Source: Patescibacteria group bacterium
Lineage (GTDB): Bacteria > Patescibacteriota > Microgenomatia > UBA10105 > UBA927
Length of the DNA stretch: 64,000 nucleotides
Assembly: GCA_049322955.1 (NCBI GenBank)
Contig: JBMOPU010000012.1
Coordinates: 19,581 to 83,580 of the forward strand
Direction of reading: 5' to 3'
Part shown: piece after piece, positions 9,125-17,682 of the stretch
Numbering within the stretch: position 1 is the first letter of the stretch
How the letters are laid out: the number at the start of each line of letters is the position of its first letter
The notes under the pieces: model-generated
The model's input: the letters and a program-made list of their open reading frames with translations, nothing else
Database searches by the model: none
Told to the model about the DNA's origin: nothing
Program-made: the position numbers and the translations under genes

Positions 9125-10963
9125 ATGAATACGGATGCCACGAAACCAATCAAATATATTATGTACTGCCGAAAAAGCAGTGAGGGTGATGATAGACAAG
9201 CAGCCTCTCTTCCTGCGCAGAAAAGAGAACTTATTGACCTGCAAGAAAAAGAAAACCTAAAAGTCATCAAAGTAATAGAAGAAGCTCAGTCCGCATACCA
9301 CAAAGGTAGGCCACAATTTAGTCAGATGATCAATGATGTCCGAACTGGTAAAGCAAACGGTATTCTCGTTTGGAGCTTAAACAGAGTTACCAGAAATACC
9401 AATGACCACAACCTGATTGTAGAACTAATGAATGATGGATGTTTACGACGCATAACTACACCAAACAAATCCTACAACAATAATGCTGATGATATAGTGG
9501 CTATGGAAATGGATTTTATAAACTCAAAATGGTATTCAGCTAAGTTAAGCGAGGTCGTTAGACGAGGTAATAGACAAAAATTTTTAGTAAAGAAAGAATG
9601 GTCTGGATTAGCTAAACCAGGATATAAAAACGAATTTGACCAACAATTAAGAAAAAACATACTTGTTGTAGATGAAGAACGATTTCAATTGCTCCGAAAG
9701 GCGGCATTACTCATAATTAATGGTACACATACCGCTGGACAAGCCTTACACACCCTAAATGAGAAGTGGGGCTTTAAAACAAGATATATAAAAGTAAATG
9801 GTGGCAAGAAATTCTCAAGAACTTCTTTTTATGCATTCTTAAGCGACACCTATTATTATGGTCTTATGAAAAGAAAATTTGACGGTAGAGATTATACCGT
9901 TATGGGCGAACACAAACCAATGTTTACTGAGGAAGAATTTGATTTACTTCAAATCAGGCTCGGAAAAAAGGGGCTGCCACACCAATCCAAGCATGACTTT
10001 CCGTACAAAAGCGCTCTAAAATGTGGTGGATGCGGTGGATCAGTGACCGCTCAGGAGAAGTGGCAAGTAATCTGTCCTGACTGCAAGTTAAAGTTCCATA
10101 AAGGAAGATTAACCAATTCGTGCCCACAATGCAGCATCAAAATTGAGGACATGATCAAACCAAAGGTGCTTCATTATATATATTATGGCTGTGTCAAAAA
10201 AGTCCACCCAGAATGCACCGAGAAGCATATCAGGGTTGAAAATATCGAAAAAACCATAGATGAAGAACTCAAGAAATTTGAAATACCCAAAGAATTCACC
10301 CTTTGGGCCATAAAGTATCTCCAAGAGGTCAATACAGTGACCGAGAATGATCAAAGTGAGCGTCTGAAATATTTACACAAACAACAGGTGGCATGTCTTG
10401 CCCAAATTCAAAACTTAGTCAATCTCAAAACCAGATCGGACAATGTGGATGGCTCTATCCTCTCAGACGACGAATTTGTAGCTCAAAAGAAAAAACTGAA
10501 CACGGAGGCAGAAAGTATAACCTCGCAGATCAAACATGCGGATACTCAGGTGAATAATTGGGTATATTTGACGGAAGAAACCTTTAAATTTGCTTGCTTC
10601 GCAAGATACTGGTTTACCAAGGGTGATATCAAAACCAAGACCTATATTTTAAGCAAACTCGGTAATAACCTATTGATAAAAGACGGAAAACTATTGGTAG
10701 ATCAATCTAAAGCATTCTTTTTGATACAATCAGGTTATGACTCTGTAAAGAGTTTGGCCAATAAGTTGGAACCTAACTTGGAGGTTATCACACCAACCCA
10801 AATGCTCTCTCTCGAACCTGTTTGTAAACTATGGCGGAGGAGACAGGACTCGAACCTGCGTGGGATTGCTCCCGCGCGCTTTCCAAGCGCGTGCCGTAGC
10901 CGCTGGGCCACTCCTCCAAGGAAATTTATTATACCATCTTTGGCGCTTATCACGGTGCTATAA
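9125..10963 (+). CDS. large serine recombinase (phage-integrase type)
   Basis: N-terminal resolvase catalytic motif YCRKSSEGDDRQAASLPAQ. Cys-rich zinc-ribbon region CGGCGGSVTAQEKWQVICPDCKLKF...CPQC. Coiled-coil C-terminal part. The ORF's last ~45 codons read through the tRNA-Ser gene. Confidence 0.75.
   Translation: MNTDATKPIKYIMYCRKSSEGDDRQAASLPAQKRELIDLQEKENLKVIKVIEEAQSAYHKGRPQFSQMINDVRTGKANGILVWSLNRVTRNTNDHNLIVELMNDGCLRRITTPNKSYNNNADDIVAMEMDFINSKWYSAKLSEVVRRGNRQKFLVKKEWSGLAKPGYKNEFDQQLRKNILVVDEERFQLLRKAALLIINGTHTAGQALHTLNEKWGFKTRYIKVNGGKKFSRTSFYAFLSDTYYYGLMKRKFDGRDYTVMGEHKPMFTEEEFDLLQIRLGKKGLPHQSKHDFPYKSALKCGGCGGSVTAQEKWQVICPDCKLKFHKGRLTNSCPQCSIKIEDMIKPKVLHYIYYGCVKKVHPECTEKHIRVENIEKTIDEELKKFEIPKEFTLWAIKYLQEVNTVTENDQSERLKYLHKQQVACLAQIQNLVNLKTRSDNVDGSILSDDEFVAQKKKLNTEAESITSQIKHADTQVNNWVYLTEETFKFACFARYWFTKGDIKTKTYILSKLGNNLLIKDGKLLVDQSKAFFLIQSGYDSVKSLANKLEPNLEVITPTQMLSLEPVCKLWRRRQDSNLRGIAPARFPSACRSRWATPPRKFIIPSLALITVL
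10832..10917 (-). tRNA. tRNA-Ser (anticodon GGA)
   Basis: Manual fold of reverse complement. GGAGGAG acceptor, class-II long variable arm, anticodon loop TTGGAAA, T-arm GGTTCGAGTCC, encoded CCA. Confidence 0.85.
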
Positions 10964-10964
10964 T
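10956..10964 (+). promoter_or_regulatory. extended -10 (TGcTATAAT) giving a leaderless transcript for the EamA gene
   Basis: tgctataat ends 6 nt before ATG 10971. Confidence 0.35.
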
Positions 10965-10970
10965 CACCAC

Positions 10971-11870
10971 ATGAGCGTACGAAGAAAGGCGTTTTTGGGG
11001 CTAATACTTGTTTCGATATTGTGGGGAACGGCAGGTGTTACGGCCAAAATGCTAATTACCGAGCTCCATCCTTACGTGCTCCTGTTCTACCGATTCGGAC
11101 TTGCCTCCCTTATTTTTCTTCCCTGGTTTTTGCGGGCACACAAACCGGCGAATATGTGGCGGACACTTATTCCGTTTAGCCTATTAAGTATAGGAAATGC
11201 GCTGTTTTTTTATCTCGGCATTGTGCACACCTCCGCAAGCGCGGCCTCCGTTATCAATACCAGTACGCCGCTCCTTACGGCGCTTTTTTCTCATTTCCTG
11301 ATAGGCGAACGGACGCACAAAGAGAAAATATTGGGGGTAATCGTCGGACTTATCGGCACACTCATCATCATTCTTCTCCCGCTTTGGAATGAAGGCCGGA
11401 GTATCGGCGGAAGCATCACCGGAAATCTTCTTATTTTACTTTCCGTCGTCAGCTGGACACTGTACCTGGTAGGATCCCGTAAATTTATTTCGCAGGAAAC
11501 TTTTTCTCCCGTGGTGATGACGGAAATAAACTTTCTCACCCTGACGTTTTTTAGTCTGATAATGGCGATCGCAACCGGGCAATCGTTTGTTACCGATGCG
11601 CTCTACACTCCCTCGTATTTCTTCCTGTTACTGTATGCCGCAATCCCTGTTACCGTCGTCACGTTCGGAATATTCCAATGGGTCATTAAGCATATTTCCG
11701 CAACCACTGCGTCGCTCAAAGATTACATTCAGCTGGTTATTAGTGTCGGATTGTCTATCCTTATCCTGGGTGAACGATTGAACGCGATTTTTATTTTCGG
11801 AAGCGGTATTGTGGTTTTCGGCCTTATCCTTGCCTCACACAAGGCTATTTTGCGAATTCTTCGTGGATAG
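10971..11870 (+). CDS. EamA/DMT-superfamily transporter
   Basis: Ten-TM profile with duplicated EamA-like halves. The ORF-track N-terminal extension through the tRNA was rejected. Confidence 0.65.
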   Translation: MSVRRKAFLGLILVSILWGTAGVTAKMLITELHPYVLLFYRFGLASLIFLPWFLRAHKPANMWRTLIPFSLLSIGNALFFYLGIVHTSASAASVINTSTPLLTALFSHFLIGERTHKEKILGVIVGLIGTLIIILLPLWNEGRSIGGSITGNLLILLSVVSWTLYLVGSRKFISQETFSPVVMTEINFLTLTFFSLIMAIATGQSFVTDALYTPSYFFLLLYAAIPVTVVTFGIFQWVIKHISATTASLKDYIQLVISVGLSILILGERLNAIFIFGSGIVVFGLILASHKAILRILRG

Positions 11871-12441
11871 CATCGCGAATATCTTTCCACCAGTCTTGAG
11901 AATCGGTATCCGCAAGCGCGCGCATGAGGGCAACTGATTCGGGAAGGCGAACGCGGAGTGAGTTCGCATCCATCCATTCCTTTGCATGGGAATTGCCTTT
12001 TTCCATGAGGATACGGCACTCGACACCGAAGGCGATAACATTGGCCTCATAGACGATCTGTGCCTCAAGCGTTTGCTTTTCCTCATATTCGTTCAAGGTA
12101 GCAAGAAGCGCATCATCCACTCCCTGAAAAATATCCGCGTTGGCCTTATCTTCATGGCGCGTCATATAGCGCTTTGCCATTTTATCCATCTCACCAGTGC
12201 GCCCCTCATGAAAATCATGAAAGATACTCATGATGAGCACCTTTTCCATCGAGACCATTCGTTGGGAATCACCAGAAGCGTTTATTTCTTTTGCCAAAAA
12301 GTACGCAATGACGGCGGTCATAAATGAATGTTCGCCTACTCCCTCTTCATTGTCTCCCAATCGTTGCCATCCGGTACGGAGCATCCGCTTCACATTGGCG
12401 GCTTCGTAGATAAGATTGGTCAGTCTTTTTTGATCATCCAT
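11845..12441 (-). CDS. HD-domain phosphohydrolase (YfbR-like 5'-deoxynucleotidase family)
   Basis: Motifs RTGWQRLG, EHSFMTAVIA, HDFHE. Start set at MDDQKRL (ATG 12441..12439). Confidence 0.6.
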   Translation of the reverse strand: MDDQKRLTNLIYEAANVKRMLRTGWQRLGDNEEGVGEHSFMTAVIAYFLAKEINASGDSQRMVSMEKVLIMSIFHDFHEGRTGEMDKMAKRYMTRHEDKANADIFQGVDDALLATLNEYEEKQTLEAQIVYEANVIAFGVECRILMEKGNSHAKEWMDANSLRVRLPESVALMRALADTDSQDWWKDIRDAIHEEFAK

Positions 12442-12459
12442 AGAGATAGTATAGCTTTT

Positions 12460-12534
12460 TGGTACTCTCGACGGGAGTCGAACCCATATCACAGCCTTCG
12501 GAGGGCCGCATTCTATCCATTGAACTACGAGAGC
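12460..12534 (-). tRNA. tRNA-Arg (anticodon CCG)
   Basis: Manual fold: acceptor GCTCTCG, anticodon loop CTCCGAA, T-loop TTCGACT, encoded CCA. Confidence 0.8.
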
Positions 12535-12641
12535 AATATATATCCATTGTCAGCCAAAGGCTGATCGGCCTTTGGCCGAAACTACGAGAGCGACAAGCGT
12601 ATTATACCGCCCTTTCAGGCACTCTGCTAGAATGGGATCAC

Positions 12642-14732
12642 ATGGAAAAAGGCATTCGGATCATCCTTTGGACGCTTCTTGCCTGTTATATCGCCCTTGT
12701 CGCCTTCGCCAACAGAGCGCTCCTGTTATCCCGTTTTGATGTGGGCTATTGGCAGGATAAGTATGAACAGTCTCATTGGAAGCTCCCCCTATCATCCCGC
12801 GTCATCGGTGACGACGGTCTGTATTTGTACGAAGGCTATCGCCTGATTCACGGAGGAGATCTTTTGAGCGCCAACGCGGAAGTGCCGCCGCTGGGCAAAT
12901 ATCTTATCGGAGGAAGTATCGTGCTGTTGGGGAACGGGCATTTGTACGGACTGCTTACTTCGTTGTTGCTCATCGGAGCGACGTACCTATTAACCAAAAA
13001 AATTCTGGGCGGCACCATACCCGCACTCTGCGTTGCCCTCTTACTGGCAACCGACCCCCTTATCACCAATCAGTTCACCCTGACCATGATGGATGCCCTG
13101 CAGGCATTTTTTGGGGTGCTTTTTTTCCTCGCGCTTTTTTCGATACCGCAAACCGGCAAAAAAAAACAATTATTTTTGACAGTACTCTCGGGAATCATAC
13201 TCGGCTTATTTGCCGAGGTAAAATTGCCGTTATTTGCCCCGCTTCTGGGAGCAATCGGCCTGTATTATCTTTGGCGTATTGTCAGACGGGGTAGGCTCTT
13301 GATTCCGTTTGCCTTCGGGGTAGTGTCAGGGTATCTCTTACCGTATGCCTGGTATTTCCTGCAAGGCAACTCCGTTATTGATTGGCTGAAACTGCAAAAG
13401 TGGATGATTTCTTTTTATCGCGGAAGCAGTATTGCCCCGACATATGGGAGCAGTATCACGACGCTTTTTACGGGACAGTATCAGAATCTTTTCTCTCACC
13501 TCTGGGAACGGGCGAGCGAATGGAGCCCCTCATGGGGTCTTGCGTTTCTTTTTTGCGTTGCGACTTTTGTAGGCGGTCTGCGAAAAAAATCCCGTGATAT
13601 TCCCCTCGTGTTGATTGCGGGAACCGCGTTGTCGATGGTAGCCGTGTATGCCATGATCCCTTTTTGGACACGATATCTTGTGCTTGTTCTTCCGTTCCTC
13701 TATATGACCGGGTATGCAATGATTTCCCAAACCAAAAAGGGTGTGATGTTTTTTCTTTGCGCCGTCATGGTTACTGCCAATTTGTCTTCTTCAATCCCCG
13801 TGCTTTTCCCTCCCGCAACCAATACCGTGAATTTGGTGATGTATGAAATTAACAATAAATTTTTTGCAGACCTCTATGAGCATCTGAGCGGGGAAACCAA
13901 GCGAGTAATCTCCCGGGACGCATTCCGCAAGCAAGGCATGATGCTTATGGAGGGCGGTGAAATTGAAGAAATTCTTATAGATCCTGTTATCGACTCCCCG
14001 ATGCGCGATGAAGAGCATTCATTTACCCTGCATGCCACCGCTACGTTTTATACCCGCCGATTGGGGAAATTTACACAACCGATCACGCTTCCCTTCGTAC
14101 GTGAACAAAACAGATGGAAAATCGCCTGGCGATGGGACATGCTTATTCCCGACTATACCGACGGAGCAATGCTTGAAACAACGGTTATTCCCGCAAAACG
14201 GGGGGCAATCATCGCAAGTGATAAAAAGCCGCTTGCGGAAGATGTCATGGGTGCTACCGTTTGGATAACGCCGATGCAACGGGAAGAATCCCAAGAAGCG
14301 CGATTGCTCGATTTGTTGGAAACCGTCTTCGGAGGGAAAATACCGAAAGTGGCACTGCATCAGCGTATCGTCGGCAATACCCGTCCGAATGTACCGGTAC
14401 CAATAGGGGTTATGCCGCATCCGATGGATGACCCGAATGTTCGCGCGCTTGCAACAATACGCGGCGTAACATTTACCCCGACATTAACCAGAATTACCCG
14501 TCCCAATAATGTCGTTGACATAGGAACCATCCGTAACACATTGTACGATGAATGTTGCAGTTACCTGTACTCCACCAATAGTTATGACGGCATGTCCGGC
14601 GTCGAGAAAATAAAGAATAACGAGCTGAAAGGCTATAACGGGGGGCGCATTGTTCTGAAAGGACCGACGGGTACGGTTATCCGCACGCTTCTCGAAGTTG
14701 AGGCAAAAAACGGGACGGATGTTCAACCCTAG
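12642..14732 (+). CDS. polytopic membrane protein, GT-C-fold glycosyltransferase-like (ArnT/PMT family resemblance) with soluble C-terminal domain
   Basis: Start set at MEKGIRIIL (ATG 12642), preceded by tgctagaat. Many TM helices. DDG motif in the first loop (VIGDDGLYLYEGY). Confidence 0.5.
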   Translation: MEKGIRIILWTLLACYIALVAFANRALLLSRFDVGYWQDKYEQSHWKLPLSSRVIGDDGLYLYEGYRLIHGGDLLSANAEVPPLGKYLIGGSIVLLGNGHLYGLLTSLLLIGATYLLTKKILGGTIPALCVALLLATDPLITNQFTLTMMDALQAFFGVLFFLALFSIPQTGKKKQLFLTVLSGIILGLFAEVKLPLFAPLLGAIGLYYLWRIVRRGRLLIPFAFGVVSGYLLPYAWYFLQGNSVIDWLKLQKWMISFYRGSSIAPTYGSSITTLFTGQYQNLFSHLWERASEWSPSWGLAFLFCVATFVGGLRKKSRDIPLVLIAGTALSMVAVYAMIPFWTRYLVLVLPFLYMTGYAMISQTKKGVMFFLCAVMVTANLSSSIPVLFPPATNTVNLVMYEINNKFFADLYEHLSGETKRVISRDAFRKQGMMLMEGGEIEEILIDPVIDSPMRDEEHSFTLHATATFYTRRLGKFTQPITLPFVREQNRWKIAWRWDMLIPDYTDGAMLETTVIPAKRGAIIASDKKPLAEDVMGATVWITPMQREESQEARLLDLLETVFGGKIPKVALHQRIVGNTRPNVPVPIGVMPHPMDDPNVRALATIRGVTFTPTLTRITRPNNVVDIGTIRNTLYDECCSYLYSTNSYDGMSGVEKIKNNELKGYNGGRIVLKGPTGTVIRTLLEVEAKNGTDVQP

Positions 14733-15145
14733 CGGCTGATACGGGAGATATCTCCGTCTAAAACGATGGGCTGAATCGCATGCATTTCGGTTTTGTAATC
14801 CATATCGGGAACCGGAAAAAGTAAATAGACCTTCTTCCCTAATCCGAATGCATATCCCATCTCAAGGAACGTGTTCCCGCCGATATAACCGGGAATCCCC
14901 TTCTTTTCATAATTTAAAATAAGAATGGCGTCTGCTTGTTCGATCTTTCGAAAATGCTCCCTGATAAAATCGTATTCGATTTTTACGGTAATTCGTTCTT
15001 CATCGGAATCCATATAGGATTCGTTTTTGTGGATATCATCCAGTTCTCCCGGAACAAACACCTGATACCCCGCGGCTATGAGCGTATCGCGCATTGCCGC
15101 CATCTCTTTATGAAATTGCATGCTCCCGCAAATGGTAATGGTCAT
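14729..15145 (-). CDS. nucleoside 2-deoxyribosyltransferase-like (PF05014-like) small Rossmann protein
   Basis: ICGSMQF...AGYQVFVP...NTFLEMGYAFGLGKKVYLL pattern. Confidence 0.45.
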   Translation of the reverse strand: MTITICGSMQFHKEMAAMRDTLIAAGYQVFVPGELDDIHKNESYMDSDEERITVKIEYDFIREHFRKIEQADAILILNYEKKGIPGYIGGNTFLEMGYAFGLGKKVYLLFPVPDMDYKTEMHAIQPIVLDGDISRISR

Positions 15146-15162
15146 AGTAATGTATGCTCCTT

Positions 15163-15252
15163 TGGCGGAAGGAGCGAGATTTGAACTCGCGTGGGCCTTT
15201 CGACCCCCAAGGTTTTCGAGACCTGGCCGTTTAGCCGCTCCGGCATCCTTCC
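15163..15252 (-). tRNA. tRNA-Ser (anticodon CGA)
   Basis: Manual fold: acceptor GGAAGGA, class-II variable arm, loop CTCGAAA, T-loop TTCAAAT, encoded CCA. Confidence 0.85.
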
Positions 15253-15309
15253 ATGCAACTTAGGGCTGTGCCGGGATCGCCGGTTCCGTCAGTGCTCCCG
15301 TATTATACT

Positions 15310-15744
15310 TCAAACCCCCTCGGCGCCAATAATGGAGAGATTGGCAAGTCCACCAACCACCGTGGGGCGCATACTTGCAAGCTCAAGCTCATACCCCATA
15401 TGAGGAAGCGCATAGAGCACATACAGTTTTTTCCCCAGATAAAATCCTATCCCCATCTCGAGAAACGTGTTCCCGCCTATATATCCGTCTATGCCGTTTT
15501 TCGAAGGATTCACCACCAAAACGGCATCCGCCGATTCGATTTTCCGGAAGTGCTCTCTGATAAAGTCGTATTGCATCTCCGCGGCAAGGCGCTCGGCAAC
15601 AGTCACCGGTTTTGTGAAACCTTTTTTGTCGATGAGATCCAGGCTTTTGGGGACGAGCGGCGTATGGCCGAGAGCAACAAGGGCATGTTCCGCCTCGCGC
15701 ATCTTTTGATAAAAAGTCAGACTTCCGCAAATAGCTATTTTCAC
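15310..15744 (-). CDS. second nucleoside 2-deoxyribosyltransferase-like paralog
   Basis: KIAICGSLTF...NTFLEMGIGFYLGKKLYVL. Probable GTG start at 15744; a longer ATG start at 15813 is also possible. Confidence 0.4.
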   Translation of the reverse strand: MKIAICGSLTFYQKMREAEHALVALGHTPLVPKSLDLIDKKGFTKPVTVAERLAAEMQYDFIREHFRKIESADAVLVVNPSKNGIDGYIGGNTFLEMGIGFYLGKKLYVLYALPHMGYELELASMRPTVVGGLANLSIIGAEGV

Positions 15745-15760
15745 GATAATAAATAAATGT

Positions 15761-16093
15761 CTAGGTCTTTCGGGAAATTTCCGTATAAAGCACGATACTT
15801 GTCGTACCGACAAGTCCCCAAAACAACGGCATCCATAGAGGTATATTCAAAACCTGCGGTGTAACATAACTCCACGCGCGGCCGATATTTACCATGAGTA
15901 TCTCTACAATTGCTCCTCCGATTGTCAGTCCAGCATACCAGTAAAACTCACGCGCAATGGGAAGGAGCAGGCGCTTAACAAGTGCCAACGCAATAAGGAG
16001 GACCGACAGTACCAATGCCTGCTTCCAGAGGAAGATAATGCTTGCGATCGCGGCAAGGAGAATACTTAAGGCGATAAAAAAACGGGAAGACAT
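15761..16093 (-). CDS. small hypothetical membrane protein
   Basis: 110 aa, three hydrophobic helices. Confidence 0.4.
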   Translation of the reverse strand: MSSRFFIALSILLAAIASIIFLWKQALVLSVLLIALALVKRLLLPIAREFYWYAGLTIGGAIVEILMVNIGRAWSYVTPQVLNIPLWMPLFWGLVGTTSIVLYTEISRKT

Positions 16094-16103
16094 AAATTGC
16101 TTG

Positions 16104-16175
16104 TACGCCCAACAGGAGTCGAACCTGTATCAGAAGCTCCGCAAGCTCCTATTCTATCCATTGAACTATGGGCGC
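16104..16175 (-). tRNA. tRNA-Arg, anticodon reads GCG (unusual); CCA not encoded
   Basis: Manual fold: acceptor GCGCCCA / TGGGCGT (G1-U72), D-arm identical to the Arg(CCG) gene, anticodon loop TTGCGGA, T-loop TTCGACT. Confidence 0.6.
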
Positions 16176-16215
16176 GAATACCTTCCGTATTGTACAACAA
16201 ACGAGCCGATTCACG

Positions 16216-16731
16216 CTATGCTTGAGGCTTTTCCAGAGGGATTTTTTCACTTATCCACCGCGCGGCATTATCAACCCACGTGCGGTCCGGCTGTTCTCTA
16301 AAGGGGATATATTTTGCCACGTATTCCCGCATTTTATCCTTCGGCTGATCCCCCAAAAGAATGATTACCCGGGGAGCCATGAATAGACGAAGGACAAGCA
16401 TGGTTTGTCCCCACTGTTCCTCAAACCAAAAATCGGCACACTCTTCCCACCGGTAAAAATGCCCGCCGCTTTCGATTCCGAGGCTCGTTACCCGATGACG
16501 TATCTCTTCGGGAGGAACGGTGGAGAGCACATAAATTAAAAAGACGATTGAAAGGACGGTCGCGATAAGCACAAACTCGCGAACAAATACAAGAATCACC
16601 GACAAAAGAAATACGATGGCAAAGATATTGATAAAAAACTCACGATCCCGTTTTTTGAACAGTCGCGAAGGAGAACTCCACGACGCATATACTTCTTCTT
16701 CCTTACGGGAGTGTGAACCGTTCTGTTGCAT
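16216..16731 (-). CDS. hypothetical membrane protein
   Basis: 171 aa with two adjacent TM helices. Confidence 0.4.
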   Translation of the reverse strand: MQQNGSHSRKEEEVYASWSSPSRLFKKRDREFFINIFAIVFLLSVILVFVREFVLIATVLSIVFLIYVLSTVPPEEIRHRVTSLGIESGGHFYRWEECADFWFEEQWGQTMLVLRLFMAPRVIILLGDQPKDKMREYVAKYIPFREQPDRTWVDNAARWISEKIPLEKPQA

Positions 16732-17041
16732 GTATCTAGTATATCGTGGCCTTCAAAAATTGCTAGTCTTAAGAATATCCATACGCATACCCTAAATCTG
16801 ATCGCGTTCCCCGTGTCGTTCGATGATCGCGGTAACGAGGAGACTACGATTATCGTTTTGTCATTGAGAGCTGGAGAAACAAGAATTCACTGAAAGGACA
16901 TATCGACACACATGACAATCACCGCGCAATGAAACAGCATTGTAAGCGGAAATAAGCGCGTTATTAGCGATGGAAAATTATTGCAAAAAGCGTTGCGGAA
17001 GAGTAAAGGATTTATACAGTCGGTGTCCCTCAATTTTTTTG

Positions 17042-17416
17042 CTATCGTTTTATTGATGTTACCTCCCGGACCCTGAATTCGGTAATACGTCGGATCAAAT
17101 CATACGGGATTGGCTTATCCAGCGGAAACTGAATAGCCCCCTTAGATGTCTTATACCGAGCCAACGCTTTTTGAAATACAGGGATGGGGGATGGTGTGGG
17201 GAAAAAACTTATATGATTTTTAAAAGCGGCAAAGTGCACCATGTGCTTGCCGAAAAGATCCACGGTAGGAATCCCATAGCTTATTTTCTCCACTCCGCCG
17301 GGAATAGCAGAAAGGATCGTCTTGCGCATCGCGCGTAATGGCACCTGTATGTGTTGAGGATACCTTTGTATGTAGTTATCAACAGATAGTAACATCATGA
17401 GGAAATCAACACTCAA
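17042..17416 (-). CDS. DUF1801 (YdhG-like) domain protein
   Basis: Family resemblance over about 120 aa. Confidence 0.4.
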   Translation of the reverse strand: MSVDFLMMLLSVDNYIQRYPQHIQVPLRAMRKTILSAIPGGVEKISYGIPTVDLFGKHMVHFAAFKNHISFFPTPSPIPVFQKALARYKTSKGAIQFPLDKPIPYDLIRRITEFRVREVTSIKR

Positions 17417-17436
17417 CGTTACATATATTTATGTTG

Positions 17437-17519
17437 CGGAGAGGGCGGGACTCGAACCCACGAGACCTTGCGGTCGGCGGTTTAGTAAACCGCTGCAATA
17501 GCCACTATGCGACCTCTCC
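17437..17519 (-). tRNA. class-II (Ser-type) tRNA whose anticodon reads ACU; CCA not encoded
   Basis: Manual fold: acceptor GGAGAGG/CCTCTCC, 3-bp D-stem, anticodon stem-loop GCGGT-TTACTAA-ACCGC, long variable arm, T-loop TTCGAGT. Differs from the tRNA-Ser(GCU) at 19464 by A instead of G at position 34. Confidence 0.55.
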
Positions 17520-17682
17520 CGCGCGGAGTGAACATGCCCGGAACCCCAAAGTTGCCAGAGGATGTCTCCACCTGGGGAGTATTGTACCAGATTATATGTC
17601 GTGGCCGAGTCGAAACGAGACAGGCATACGCATAGACACGTATAATTAACATATAGCCTTATGCGCGGCAAAGGGAATTTGT

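Larger units (their letters stand above)
1..10831. mobile_element. AT-rich putative integrated mobile element / defence island (left end outside window)
   Basis: Sharp GC shift at about 10.83 kb next to a tRNA gene. Carries a serine recombinase, prim-pol replication protein, SPARTA-like pAgo pair and unknown cargo. Confidence 0.5.

Noticed and set aside
10811-10820. 10-nt copy of tRNA-Ser segment (ctcgaacctg) as an att core
   Set aside because: It is too short to distinguish from chance, and serine integrases do not generate long direct repeats. It is kept only as a note under the island finding.
10860-10970. N-terminal extension of ORF 10860..11870
   Set aside because: It overlaps tRNA-Ser(GGA). 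The EamA protein begins at ATG 10971 right after an extended -10.
12459-12641. N-terminal 61 codons of ORF 12459..14732, which would make a 757-aa protein
   Set aside because: This segment is the antisense of tRNA-Arg(CCG) and its flanking hairpin. A proper start, MEKGIRIIL at 12642, follows a TGnTAGAAT element.
15253-15756. 167-aa plus-strand ORF and other ORFs across tRNA-Ser(CGA) and the deoxyribosyltransferase-like paralog
   Set aside because: They are antisense to a tRNA and to a gene with clear family features.
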